DNA of 64,000 nt from Nemertoderma westbladi (lineage: Eukaryota; Animalia; Xenacoelomorpha): NCBI GenBank assembly GCA_032718475.1, contig JAUCBJ010000648.1:1-64000 (forward strand), read 5' to 3'. Below the pieces are notes generated by a model that did no database searches, had not been told where the DNA came from, and saw only the letters and a list, made by a program, of their open reading frames with translations. Shown piece after piece: positions 12,712 through 25,642 of the stretch. A program made the position numbers and the translations under genes. The number at the start of each line of letters is the position of its first letter. Within the stretch, counting starts at the first letter, position 1.

Positions 12712-14256
12712 CTAAGAATACTCTAAACAGTTAGTTTTTCTTGCGAGGACGGCGTTTACACAGTTTTTTGAGACTAGCAAGAGTCCTTTTCTCTTTGGGG
12801 CGAGCCACTTTACTAGGAGGGCTATAACTCCTGTGGGAAGGGTGCAATACAATTGCATCAGAAGGTTTAGGGTTACGACCGGTGTCTCGTCCATTTCGAT
12901 ATGCTTCTCCTCGAGCTGATTTTCCTCTGCTCGTCGTTGGATACGTTCATCCAAAAACTCTCGCAGATAATAGGGTTGTCCAAGTTCGATATCGTCCTAG
13001 AGATTCTGGATTTCCCGATCGAACTGAGATAAAGCCAATTCGTTTACCGCTTGGACTTGCTGTTACAATTTAAGTTTATCTGAACAAACGTAGGTTTCTT
13101 TTCTGATCTTTTGTAGAATAGCGTCTAAAGCGTTTCGTACAACACTCTCCTCCACCTGGGTGACGGGTTGTATCGGTGTTAAGCCTGGATGGTTGTACGG
13201 GTTAAACGGCGATATTAGAAGACCGCGTTCTAATCCGGCCAGGTAGGGTTGGCGAATATCTAGCGAGCCCACTACCGGAGTGCCGCCGATTAATTGTTCG
13301 GGTAACACAAGATCTTTAAACAGTGAGTACAGCTTGGGAGGATCCGTCATACTAATAGGATCAAGAGTCTGAGGTCTCATTAGGGAATGAGGAGGTCTGA
13401 TCGAGTATTCCAGAACTCTGATCATTGGTTTATTTAAGGATCGTCTGAGTCGAACGAGCGTAGGTGATACGTCAAACAAATTTCGCTCGAAACTCCCGTA
13501 AGTATAGCGAGAAAAACCGTGTTTAGCGCAACGTCTCCGCGGATGTTTATGTCTTTCCGTTTGTTGGTTGGGTCTAGGGCATTCATCGCAATAATACCAA
13601 AGACGCACGTCTTGTAGGGGAAACGCGAGTGATCTTTCTCCAGTTTACAATATTCCTCCATCTGTTCGAAGCTATCCGGTACAACAAGTAACGGTCGATC
13701 GGCGGTATGATACATCATAGTGGAATAGAGCCGTTTGAGTTCTACCATGCGGTCATGATGTATACCTTGAGGATATCGAGTTTCTAGATTCTGTTGACTG
13801 GTAATATTGAGATATGTTTCTCTCAAGAATTCCAGATATTTGTTGAAGTCGCTGCGTTTATCCGGCTCTTCAACATCTTACACTTTCGAGTCGGTTTCGA
13901 ATAGAATTTTCGTGTTCGAGTCTCAGTTTATCGTTCCGCTTCCGCTGGGTATGATATTTAAATAAAACCATTTTCCTTTCGGTGTCGACATCGTCCGTAT
14001 CGTGTAGGTCGATAGGATGACCAGTAGTTAAGAAGTCCATATACGTACCATTACGATTCGTATAGCGCTCGGTGAATTTTCTATAGTCCAATTCACGCGT
14101 AAGTTGCTCCTGGGACATTGGCGGTTCGATATAACGACCATCGTCCTTCGTAGTAGTTGGACCAGCGTCGCCGCGTATCAAGATATCAACAAACGCTTGT
14201 AAAGGTAGAGTATATCGCTCCCTGATACCAAGATCATCTTCTATCTACTCAGTCAT
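12712..14256 (-). pseudogene. E2 accessory ORF (about 515 aa when reconstructed), unknown function, CxxC..CxxH motif
   Basis: ORF pieces 13870-14181, 13434-13826, 13063-13608 and 12712-12954 join via two frameshifts and three in-frame stops from ATG 14256; homologous to E3 51556-52413. Confidence 0.7.
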
Positions 14257-15974
14257 GTCTGCTATATGAGTTTATCAATGTTATAATGAGTTATAATTAG
14301 GCCAGCGAGCTTCGCCGCCTACCCCTCTCAGCCCCCGGACAGTGCAAGATCCTCAGCGCCGATATACCGTCGTCGCTGTGTTTTTCGCCAACGTAGTAGC
14401 TACACAACGACAACGACAACCGGCACGAGTCACTCCACTGTCCGTCCCAAGGGCGTAGATTTACTTCAGGTTCTTATTACAGAGTTAGGGTTACTTTCAC
14501 AACTGCGACTCGCTACTGTAAACACACCTTAGTAGTAACATTCACCTACAAACGCACAAATTCCTCGTAACTGTCACAAATTGTACACATTCTATCACAC
14601 ATTCGGGTCATTTGTCCGTTAGTCAAGTGCCTTCCAGAATGTCACGTTGTTATCGTGTATCCTTGGATACTAGCGGTGTGCTATTTATTCCGTATGCTAT
14701 TCAATGAGCAAGCCTTTTATTGTTCTGTTAACTCGCTTCTAATTCTAGCGTGGTTGTTGCTATGGTGACATTATGGAAAGCTAGCAGTAGAATTAGGGTA
14801 ATTCTCATGCATACAGATCTGGGATGCTATTTAATAGTAATTCTTTAATTGTCAATATCCCTCTTTATATATAATTTTATGAATATTATCGGCTATTGAC
14901 TATATATTGGAGATTCTCGCACACTCATACACTTAATAGGGTGAATCTCCGCTCCCATGATCTATTAATTAATGGAATTTTGGGAATATTATGAATTGTA
15001 TAAAATAACAATTTATCAAATTCATTAAAGAGATGAATTTAAATTTATTCCCGTAATTTTATTATTTAATATTAAATAGACACAATTTTATTCCAGAACA
15101 TGTCTGGGGACGAGGATCCATTATTTTAGGAATTTTGTCCTTTTAAGAGTATCGGTAAGTGCTACGATATCTTAATTGACTATAATTTCAAAGGATCTAT
15201 ATTTTAACAGATTTTGATTTATAGATTTTTATAAATATTAATTATATAATATTTAAGATGGGCACCGATTTATTCCAGAACTTGTCTGGGGACGTTAACC
15301 ACTGATTCTAGATTTTGTCTTTCAAGTATAACGGTGGGTGCCACGATATCTTAATCGACTAGAATTACAGATGGTCAAAGGGTTTAACAGATTTATTTTG
15401 CGCTTTACGCTACTGTTAAAGGGACATCACGCTACTATATGTATTATTTAATATACGGTATGAGAGCAATATCGCACGAAGCAATGTCAGTGTGAAGAGG
15501 CAAGTCGTTTCCAAGGTCTACCCAGAGCTTGGTTTAGCCGAGACACGAGGATCTGAACTTTGCATTCCTAATACTCTACTTACCAATAATACTTGAATAT
15601 AGTAGTGGCTTTATTGTACTTTAATAAGTACGGACATTTCATCTTACTGTAGTCACGTATTTATAATATGATACGGACAGTAAGGAAAGAGAAAAAGAAT
15701 TATTTCTCGCCGTCGCACTAAATATATAATATATAAGTACTTAAGTAATATATTGCACTAATCTACTAAATAATCGCTAAAATAACCTTCTACTAAATAA
15801 AATTAAAGAAAACGATTATAATAAAATTACATAATAATACGTACATAAATATAAAATAATAAAAAACAAATATAAAATAATATAGTCACACACCCACTCC
15901 GTATGTTGTTACGTTATGGAGACCCTAGATATTTGTCGGATTAGGGTGGTGGTCATAGGAAGAGTATCTTGCCT

Positions 15975-18900
15975 TCAATAGTTTCCGGACAGTTTTCGGT
16001 CACTTTCCAGTAAACATAAACGACCAGCTGGGCGATTGAGTTGTTGTGTTACTTTCTCCGCTCCCTTGGCCTGTCTAATCTCCACCGTGGTAAGATGAGG
16101 AGGCCATTCTTCTTCTTCTTTACTTAGGAAGTCGGGTCCACCTAGCCAACCTGGAGTATCTATCAGTTCTTGAGGAGTTGCTCCTCTGGAAGCGATGTCG
16201 GCTGGATTAATCGTCCCAAGGCAATGTCTCCATTGATCTACATTGGAGTTAATATCGTCATTATCTGAGGAGTATGGTATTCCCTCAGTTGGATCGTCCA
16301 CCTCACTGCTCTCCACTTCCCATTTACTTACGTGGTAGACCCGTTCTTTGGGCAACCTTTCCATGAGTGTTCTATGGGACGGACCAGTAAGGTACCAACC
16401 TACTCTAGTTCTTCCCGCATAAGTTTGTAGTGGTTGCGGTTGAGCAGGCCGTTTCTCCAATGTCTCAAGCGCTTCATGCGCGTTTTGACCGATGAGTATT
16501 TGCACTCCAGGGTAATCGGTGTCGAATCTAGGTATTTCAAGCTGCTGGGTGAAATCGTCCTCATCCCAGTTATAAGGTTCCACTTGGCTGGTAGCGAAGT
16601 TCTTTATCGCCACCATCTTTACTGACCTTATACTATGTTCTCCTAGTTCATCCTGGGGGGTGGACAACGCGCCTACATAATAATCAGCTATTACGGTAGA
16701 TTTCCAAACCTGCATAATTCCTGACAAGTTTAGCTTAGTTCGGAACTTGGGTTGTCCAGCAAAGATGTCTTCGGCTAGTTCTTTGTCGATGAATGTTCCT
16801 GTGCTACCGGAGTCAAGGAAGGCGTTCACTATATAACTCCTTTTAGGTCCGTGGACCCTTAACTGTACTACAGGAAATTCTCGGATTCCTACATTGGAAG
16901 TTGGCGCTTTCCAAGATGGTTGTCGATCAGAAGTAGTTAGGGTGAGGTTGCTGTCGGGGTCTCTTTCATACTTAAGTGCTCGATACACTGCGGTATTTAT
17001 TAGGTAACAGGATTCGTCTTGGTCGGAGAATTCGTCCGTATAGAATCCTTCCATCTCAGAACTTTGGTCAGTGTTGTTCACATCACTGAATTGGACATGC
17101 AGTTCGGACTCACTTACCTTACTCGGGCTGTTTCGTTCGAATTCAGTGTGCAACAAGATATGATGTTTTGCACCGCACTTTGCACACCTTGCGTCGGAGT
17201 AACAGGTTCGCCGTTGGTGTCCTCGTCTGAGGCAATTATAACACAACCGCTTATCCCACATGACTTCACGTCTATCTTTTAATGATTTCCTCAGGAATTC
17301 ATCACACGCACTTAAACGGTGGGGCCCGTCGCACAACACACATTTGGGCTTGATGTTACTTACTTTAACCTGTGCTGTGTGGTGCACACTTGTTCTTTCC
17401 TCGGGCTTTCTTCTATGAATTCTCTTAGGAGACGTAGGAGGAGTTGTTGTTATCTGTTCTCTCCTGTCATGGGTTCGAGACTTGAATTTACTTACCTGTT
17501 CTTTAGGCGTTTTATTGACATAATAAGATCTTTCAGTGTCTTTCCCGCTGTCCTCTCCTTGAGAAGTCTGGCTTTCGCCGTCGTCGGTATAACACACTGG
17601 TATTACCTTTCTCCTAGAAACGGGTTTCTCACTTACCTTATTTTCCGGTGTCTTCTCTCTGGACTGTTTTAGGAGCTGTAATTTTACCTCTCTATCTAAG
17701 AATGACATGAGATCAGCTATGGTAGGGTCTCTTCGTTGTTGTTCCATCATATATAACACTTTCTTGTCCCAGCGTGTACCTACTCCACCCTTGGGCAAAG
17801 TAGATGCTAAGGCTCCTACAACCATAGAATTCTGGTATTCATGAGACTTACCTAACCAATCTAGTTGTCTACAGATCTCCTGAATCTCGTCGGAAAACTC
17901 TATAATCCCGCTGCTAAGAAACTTTCGGGGCGCCATTAATTTCGCATATAAATACCTAGCTATGTTAGTCCTATTACCATACCTGATGTTTAGTGTATCC
18001 CAAACTTGTCTTAATCCATCTGGATGTCCAATAAACTTTAACGCCAGTAACTTGGGAGATCCTTCCAAGCACTCGATGAGGAATCTAAGTTTCTCTCCGT
18101 TAGATAGCACAGAGTTTTGTATGTTATCTTTGTAATATTCATTAAAAGGTAACCATTTCATCTCATCTCCATTGAACTTGACGATCTCTCCCACCTTTAC
18201 CGCTTGACAGGCTTCGGTTCTAGCCATTTGACGCGTAAAACTTTCTTAGGCCATCGTGTTATTTAATATCGAGTTATCGGTATATAAATTTCTCGGATTA
18301 TGATCAGGTCTATATAGAATATCATTATCAAAAGGTTTATAATTACCCTTAATAGGGTTTACTATAGGAGTTTCCACTTCGCTAGCAGTATAGATGCGTG
18401 TAGGCTCAACACCTTGCGCATGAAATACTTCAGACCTAACAGGTTGACACATTGTTACAGGGGGTGATGGTATACCCTTTTGTATATTTACTAATTTATC
18501 GCGTTCTAACGCGATATTTTGCTGCACCTCTTGCAACTCTAACCTACTTTCCCTTACTGTTCCCTTGAACTGTTGAACAGTCTCCTGCATCTGCCCGAGC
18601 AGGAGATCCATCCCCCGCTGTCTCTCATCCACCCAATCAACCGCCGAAGCAGGATTCGCCAACGTAGTAGCAGGCGGACGAGGGGCAACGGGCGACAAAT
18701 CATTGATAATTCGCTCGGAGCCCAGGACAGGGATTGTCTCAGGTGTTGTTCTACTGGGCACAGGTAGTTTTGCGCCGTGCAAAGGGAATTTAGAAGTAGA
18801 TTCCGGGAGTACAGGTGTCTCCATCACCGAAGGGGCGGCTTTGAGAACATGCCCAATTATTTCAGGTTCATCCACTATAGTAGGGAGTCTCTCTACGGTA

Positions 18901-19688
18901 ATAATTTGGTCTGTGGGTTCTGTACTACCTAAGTCTGTGCTAGCTAATTGTCTCTTAACAGCTGGGGGCAAATCAGGCAACTTGTGACGGTGGGACATTC
19001 TTCGACGTCTGCTGAGACGAGATCTATTTCCTCCACCTTCAGTATCGGTGGTATCGCCTTCCTCAGATGATGTATATCCCTGTCTTTTGGGAGTGGATCG
19101 ACTCATCATCTGCATTTGACTAGCTGTTAGCTGTTTATTTATGTAGTCTTGCGTCTCTTGAAGATTTTCCAACTCCATTTGGGTGGTCTCTTCAGACGCT
19201 CTCCGTTCTGCTTCTGCCACTGCTTCCGCCGCTGCTACAGCCGCTTTTCTTTCCGCTTCGGCCGCTGCTTCTGCCGCCTTTCTTTCCGCTTCGGCCGCTG
19301 CTTCTGCCGCCTTTCTTTCCGCTTCGGCCGCTGCTTCTGCTGCCTTTCTTTCCGCTTTGGCCGCTGCTACTGCTGCTGTCTTTCTGTCTTCTATTCGTTT
19401 TTTCTTTACTTGTTCCTCTTGAACCTTAGTGAGGCGGATGCTTTCATCGAATCTAGCTTGGTTCGCAGCTAACATATCTACATCGATTGCGTCCAACACA
19501 AGTTTGGCTCCTTCACTATTAGGGCTAAGTCCATCCAGCCGTCTCCTCAACTCTTCGTCCCCTACAAATCATTGATAGTCTGACAGATAGATGTCAATAG
19601 CGTCTCTCGTCCGCGGTTTCTCTGCTGTCACTTCGCTTTCGGTGGTCTCTAGTAGACTGTCTGACAGGTTCTGCTTTGCGTCAGACAT
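15975..19688 (-). pseudogene. gag: E2 gag-protease ORF fused in frame to RNase H and integrase C-terminal remnants; two in-frame stops (19569-19571, 18246-18248)
   Basis: ATG 19688 is in frame with 19550 and 18227; DUF1759-like KFNGD..W..F; three Cys/His knuckles; protease FLDSGS; then WRHC..NPADIASRG..WP and RPAGRLCLLE; no YxDD or DDE core. Confidence 0.85.
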
Positions 19689-21021
19689 GTTTGTTTATAC
19701 AGTTGAATGCCTACTGCTATATTACAGCTAAAGCAAGTCTAGTAATTCAGTATCACTGTTAGCCTAGTAATTAATTACCGATACTGCTACTCAATGTAGC
19801 GTGATATATATACAATATATTAGAATACCGGTATACTTATAATATATAAGTATTATTACAGACTAGATTTGTCATAGAATACCGGTATGTAATTCCAGCA
19901 CAAATATATATAAATATATAATAGGCCTATCGCGAATACCGGTATACAGCTTACACATATAGTATATATAAGTATAATTATGGACTAGAATTAATTACAG
20001 AATACCGGTATAATTTCAGCCTAAATTTATAGAAATAAATATAATAAGCCTATTGTAAATACCGGTATGTCAATTATTTTAAATAATTGAATTTCTGAAT
20101 TTTTAGGGGTTACTTGGTTACTTTACTTACTTTATTACCGTTATTTGAGCAGTAGTCCAACTGATATTGAGACCTAATTGTTGTATCGCAGGCCTACTAT
20201 TTATAAATCGTTTGAGTTGATTTATAATATATATATACCCGTTTAATGGGTTTTGTCAATATTTGAAATAAATGTTATTATTTCTGGGGGAAGTCACTAC
20301 AAAGAAGCTGTGCGCTCTCAGTGAAGTGCTACTTGTTGGACACTAAAACAAATAATTATAATTTACCTAAGTTACTTAATACTACAAATTACGTACAATT
20401 CGGTGTGAGATTACAATCTCTAAATAAACACAAAAATTACAAGTACGAATTTTTAGGGTAATTTTACAAGAAGTCTACAAACCAGCCTAACAAAGGGTTA
20501 GAATATCTGGTTATTACAACGGACAGGGTACTACGGTATTTGAAAATAATAAAGCAGTAGTAAATATACTGCGTTGTCCAGATAGGAAAAATACCACCGT
20601 CTGACGACTTATAGCCGTATCGCTATAAGTACTACATTATGTTTCACGGAGTGTCCCTACCTAGAAGTTAATTACCACGGTCTACCAGAACCAACGTGCC
20701 TATTAACCACTTTACAACACAAATATACTGCCTACGCACTAATTACCTTCGGAAAGCACTGTACACTAAACCCTAGATTAGGTACAAGTACTTGTACAAC
20801 AAATAATCAGTAGTAGTTAAAAATACTTGAACAGCTAAAAGAACCACGGTATCTGCTGGAGTGACCAAAGCACAAAATCTCCAGTCTTTACCTACGCCGA
20901 GCAGCCCTGATGTAGTACCGGGGTTAATTTAACTATAACGGTATGTATAACAAGCACAATTACTGTAGGAATAAACTTGGGTTTATGAATGTTGCGAATA
21001 ATCGCATAAACTCTGAATAAT

Positions 21022-21594
21022 AAATATTACGCTACGCGTACAGACTACTCAAACAAAATGCAGATCAAATACTGACAGACTACTATCAAGCCTAAACAAA
21101 CTACGGTATATGCAGACTCCGAAATGGTTAGTTAGTATGCGTTCTAACCGAGTAGTACGACTTATTCTTTCGAGGGGGTTTACCTCACAACACTGGAAGC
21201 CCCTACGTTCCTAACCGGCACTTTATCGGACATACACTCTACACACACCACAATCTCTTCAGACCTAACAACAGCCAGACAGCAATCCAGCCTACAAATT
21301 ATCTAAATAAGAAATATTACGCTACCCGTACAGACTACACAAACAAAATACAAACCAAACGCTGGCAGACCACTATCAAGCCTAAACAAACTACAGTATA
21401 TGCAGACTCCGAAATGGTTAGTTAGTATGCGTTCTAACCGAGTAGTACGACTTATTCTTTCGAGGGGGTTTACCTCACAGCACTGGAAGCCCCTACATTC
21501 ATAACCGGCACTTTATCGGACATACACTCTACACACACCGCAATCCGTTCAGGCCTAACAACAGTCAGACAACAGTCCAGCCTACAAATTATCT
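21022..21594. repeat. 290-bp tandem duplication in the E2 5' leader
   Basis: aaatattacgctac..cctacaaattatct occurs at 21022 and 21312. Confidence 0.9.
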
Positions 21595-21865
21595 GTACAA
21601 TCTGAGCAGGCTTACACGTCTTCTGCTCAATATTAGCCTACAATTAAATAAAACTGACAGAAATAAATAAGCTCCAAAAGAAACAAGGGGTGTACAGTCC
21701 CTAATTTCTTAAGCAGCCTACCACTATACAATATCACAATCGAAATAATACTGATGTACGGTACCTGTACTGTATGTACCGGTTCCGGTGGTTAGGTAGT
21801 TAGGTCTACAGGTTACCGGTTGACCGGTACTTCTCTCTTTATTGCCTACGCCGCAATAAAAAAGC

Positions 21866-21877
21866 TATAACTGTTAC
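21866..21877 (-). promoter_or_regulatory. E2 self-complementary primer-binding site (GTAACAGTTATA on minus strand)
   Basis: Abuts the 5' LTR end at 21878; no TGG; plus tataactgttac is the reverse complement of LTR segment 22618-22629. Confidence 0.8.
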
Positions 21878-23074
21878 TGTTCGCGCTTTTAAGACCTTTA
21901 GCAGTTTAACCTGCCAAATTTATATGTCTTTTAGATTATAAATCGACTTTAGCCTATGACAAGTATTTGATACAAATAAACACTACATTAGCCGAAGCCA
22001 GCCTAGTGCGCGACCATTCACCCGCTGGATATACCCGGGAAAGGATTCGGATGACTTGACCTTATTGCGTTGTAAGCCTACTGTATTATTCGATTGATCG
22101 TTAATATATAATCTCTGACAAATATTATTCACTTTCGGGAAATATTAACAGTTCCTTTAGGACGTGGCGCTCTAATTATGTAAACAGAGTTATGACTTAT
22201 ACTAAACACAACGGTATGGCTTATGATTCACGTATAAGGCGCATTCTTTAGGAGATGCTTAGTTACCAGTCACACTCATGCACACTATCGCACAATGCTG
22301 CATACCAATCTGCCGACCTTCACTAATTTTAGTCACATATAAAGAGAACAGCAATTGACCCATGTAGTGCCTATGAAATAGCATTAGATTCACTCCAAAA
22401 CCAATATAATATGAGTCGCAATTGCTATATGTAACCTGTCTCTTACCTTCAGTATATCAAGAAGATGGGGTTTTATGATTCTTTCTCGATATTCTCCAAA
22501 TATAATAATATTCCATCAACTGATACAATTAATAACCGACAGTAAATAGCAGTAAAATAATGCGGTGAAAGGCCATAATGCATTGAGTGCACGGTGGTAC
22601 CGTAAGGTACCGTACCGGTAACAGTTATACGTTCCTGTAATCAAGCCGTTCTAATGTTTGGCTAAAGTCTGAAACACAGAATTATTCCACAGCCGATGTT
22701 GTGGCATCAGGAAAAAGGTAAACATAAACCATAATGCTTTGCGCGATTTCCCGGAGGCCCCTGCACAAAAGCAAGAGAATCGCTCTGATTGGTTGAGTGA
22801 TTGCACAGAGTGGGCCTGAACAAAGAAAGTTCCACGAGTACACCAAATCAGCTGATAGATGTCGTAATCTAAACTACACTGTGTAGAGAGTATTATGGCG
22901 TATTGCGACATAGGATTGCTAGTTATGTCCGCCAAAGTACACATACATAAAAATAGCTTTTTATGTCCACTAAAATACCGGTACAGTAAGGAAACGACTT
23001 TTATGTCCGTTAAAACATCTAAAGAGTACTTCGCGGGGAAAAAATGACTAGCCAATCCCGCAAAAGCCTTTACA
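21878..23074 (-). repeat. E2 5' LTR
   Basis: Direct repeat of 11454-12652; followed by TSD TCTGG. Confidence 0.95.
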
Positions 23075-24219
23075 TCTGGTAAATATTGTATTTGGTGTAA
23101 AAATGGCACAATGTGCATGACTTGAGTATATAATACTACAGACTCAGTCAGTCAGTATCAGTATACTCATGATTAATATATATTATTTCAAAGTGTGTAA
23201 TTATACATTTAATTCATTAATAATAATTCGTTTTTTAAAAATGACAGAAGGATTTTACAATTTATTACAATTATTGTTGACCCTGACCCACCCTGAATAG
23301 TGGCAATACGCAATAGGGTTCGCCTACTACGTGGCTATATCACCGCGATTGAAACATTGGAACTAAATTCGCTTCCATTGGAACTAAATTCGCTTCCATT
23401 GGAACTAAATTCGCATGCATTGGAGCTAAATTCGCATCCATTGGAACTAAGTTCGTTTTGATATTCTGGGATTGGAACTAAGTTCGCCTCGATTGGAACT
23501 AAGTTCGCTTTGTAAAATTTATTTTGGAACTAAATTCGTTTCAATTGGAACTAAGTTCGCATTTGAAAATGTGCGATTGGAACTAAGTTCGTGCTGCCCA
23601 CGTGGCGATCACGTGACGTTTAAAGACATATCGATGGCGTTCTATTAATAACATACAAAAATTAATGCTTTGCTGTTAAAAAGCTTTCTCACCAACAACC
23701 ACGCAAATATATGTTGGTTGAATTCTGGAGTACATTTTACTTTTGTTATTAAATTTCAATGGTCTGGTTGTGCGATCAAAAGTGGATGGATACCATGGTT
23801 AAATTTGCACTGAAATGTAAACATATTTTATTTAAGTGCCAAAGTAGTCAGTACAGCAGTAGACCCATTACAAATTCAATAAAAATGTTTTAATGTTATA
23901 AACATGTTATAACAAAATATATTAATCAAAATTCAAAAAAAATCTATATAAACAGTAAACACGGATACTATAATATATTGTTATATATGAACTTTTGTTT
24001 GCCAAGTTTTATTTTAAATTCTGGGGCCAAATGTAACTTCCTCTTTGGCATCAATGGCAGGGAAATAGTAACAATATGGTAGATTTATGTTGAGTCCCCG
24101 ATTGGGGAAAATCCCTAATATTCTACAACTTCGGCGATTTGAAAGAAATAATGAGAGAGAAAATATGTTACAAAATAATAATTTTCAAATAAAAAAGATA
24201 CCAAATATAATACAAATAA

Positions 24220-25457
24220 GGATAGTAATATTTACTGACAGTTGTTACCCGTTATTAACAGTTATCCAATTTTTGCACAGACTATCCAACAGTTATCCAA
24301 TTATTGCACAGGCTATCCAACAGTTATCCAATCTTTGCACAGGCTATCCAACAGTTATCCAATCTTTGCACAGGCTATCCAACAGTTATCCAATCTTTGC
24401 ACAGGCTATCCAACAGTTATCCAATTTTTGCACAGGCTATCCAACAGTTATCCAATTTTTGCAGAGGCTATCCAACAGTTATCCAATCTTTGCACAGGCT
24501 ATCCAACAGTTATCCAATCTTTGCACAGGCTATCCAACAGTTATCCAATCTTTGCACAGGCTATCCAACAGTTATCCAATCTTTGCACAGGCTATCCAAC
24601 AGTTATCCAATTTTTGCAGAGGCTATCCAACAATTATCGAAAATGTATTTAAAAAGGCAAAGGTCTCACGGCTGTCTGGGATTTCAAGCATTTCAATTTA
24701 TTAAGAGCAGGTCTCCTTGAAATAATTTTATAGTTGTACCAGTACCATATACTATAACTAAACTGAGATCAGGATAGCATCCTTTGTTATAGTATTGTCT
24801 TTATGGGCTGAACGATTTTTAATTAATTAGGCCTAATTAATCCTCATCATTTAAGAAATTAATCCCGCCTTCCAGTAGTTAGTGGCGTTGTTCTTTCGAA
24901 GCTCTACAGTTCACTGAGCGACTGGACTGGATCTTTTCTCTTGGCTCATCTAGTCATCCCCAATAATACACCGATTGTCATGGCGAGTAACAACCATCTC
25001 CATTGTTGTACCAAATTCACAACAGTGACTGGGATGAGGTAGGCCTATGGAGAGGGGACGACGGACATCGGTATGTCGGGAAACATTGACGGAGGATGGG
25101 GACGAACGAACGACTTTCATCACTCAATACTTTCGATATACGCCAATGTTCTTTGTTACACAGGCAACAATGTTAGGAAGCGCCAACAGGCACGCATTTG
25201 ATTCTACGTCGTCAGAAGGAAATCCGAAGACAAGACGGAAACCATTCCAGGGTTCGGTTCCAGTATAATCGGTCAGCCCATAAATACAATACTGGTACTA
25301 TAACAAAGGCTGCATATCCTGATATCAGTACGTGGTACTGGTACAAAACTTTTTTCGCCATTTTAAATTCATATTCGATAACTGTTGGATAGCCAGTGCA
25401 AAGATTGGATAACTGTTAATAACCACCGGTAACAACTGTCAGTAAATATTACTATCC
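24220..25457. mobile_element. Non-autonomous DNA transposon (PIF/Harbinger-like MITE) containing a 31-bp minisatellite (about 24258-24630)
   Basis: TIR ggatagtaatatttactgacagttgttacc / ggtaacaactgtcagtaaatattactatcc, TAA on both flanks; about 12 copies of tatccaacagttatccaatctttgcacaggc. A paralogous copy starts at 45801 and is the E3 target. Confidence 0.8.
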
Positions 25458-25642
25458 TAAATATAACACCAATGGAATACTAAATATAGACGAAACTGCA
25501 AAATTTCATCAATATTTTTGGACACGAAATAATTTTTCAGCTATACTTAGTATAAACAATTTATTCAACCATATAAATATATTTTAGAATACTAAATAGA
25601 AAAGTCAGACAAGTTGTATAGTATATCTCGTTCGACCCATTA

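Larger units (their letters stand above)
11454..23074 (-). mobile_element. BEL/Pao LTR retrotransposon E2, full boundaries, non-autonomous (RT, most of RNase H and integrase deleted)
   Basis: Two ~1.2 kb LTRs with TG..CA ends, 5-bp TSD TCTGG (11449-11453 and 23075-23079), PPT GGGAGCGG next to the 3' LTR, gag-protease ORF. Confidence 0.95.

Noticed and set aside
20601-20630. Possible second hammerhead (CTGACGA plus hairpin)
   Set aside because: No GAAA core after stem II and no stem I/III.
24087-24720. Three overlapping repetitive ORFs / CRISPR-like array
   Set aside because: A 31-bp tandem repeat without unique spacers inside a MITE; eukaryotic context, no cas genes.
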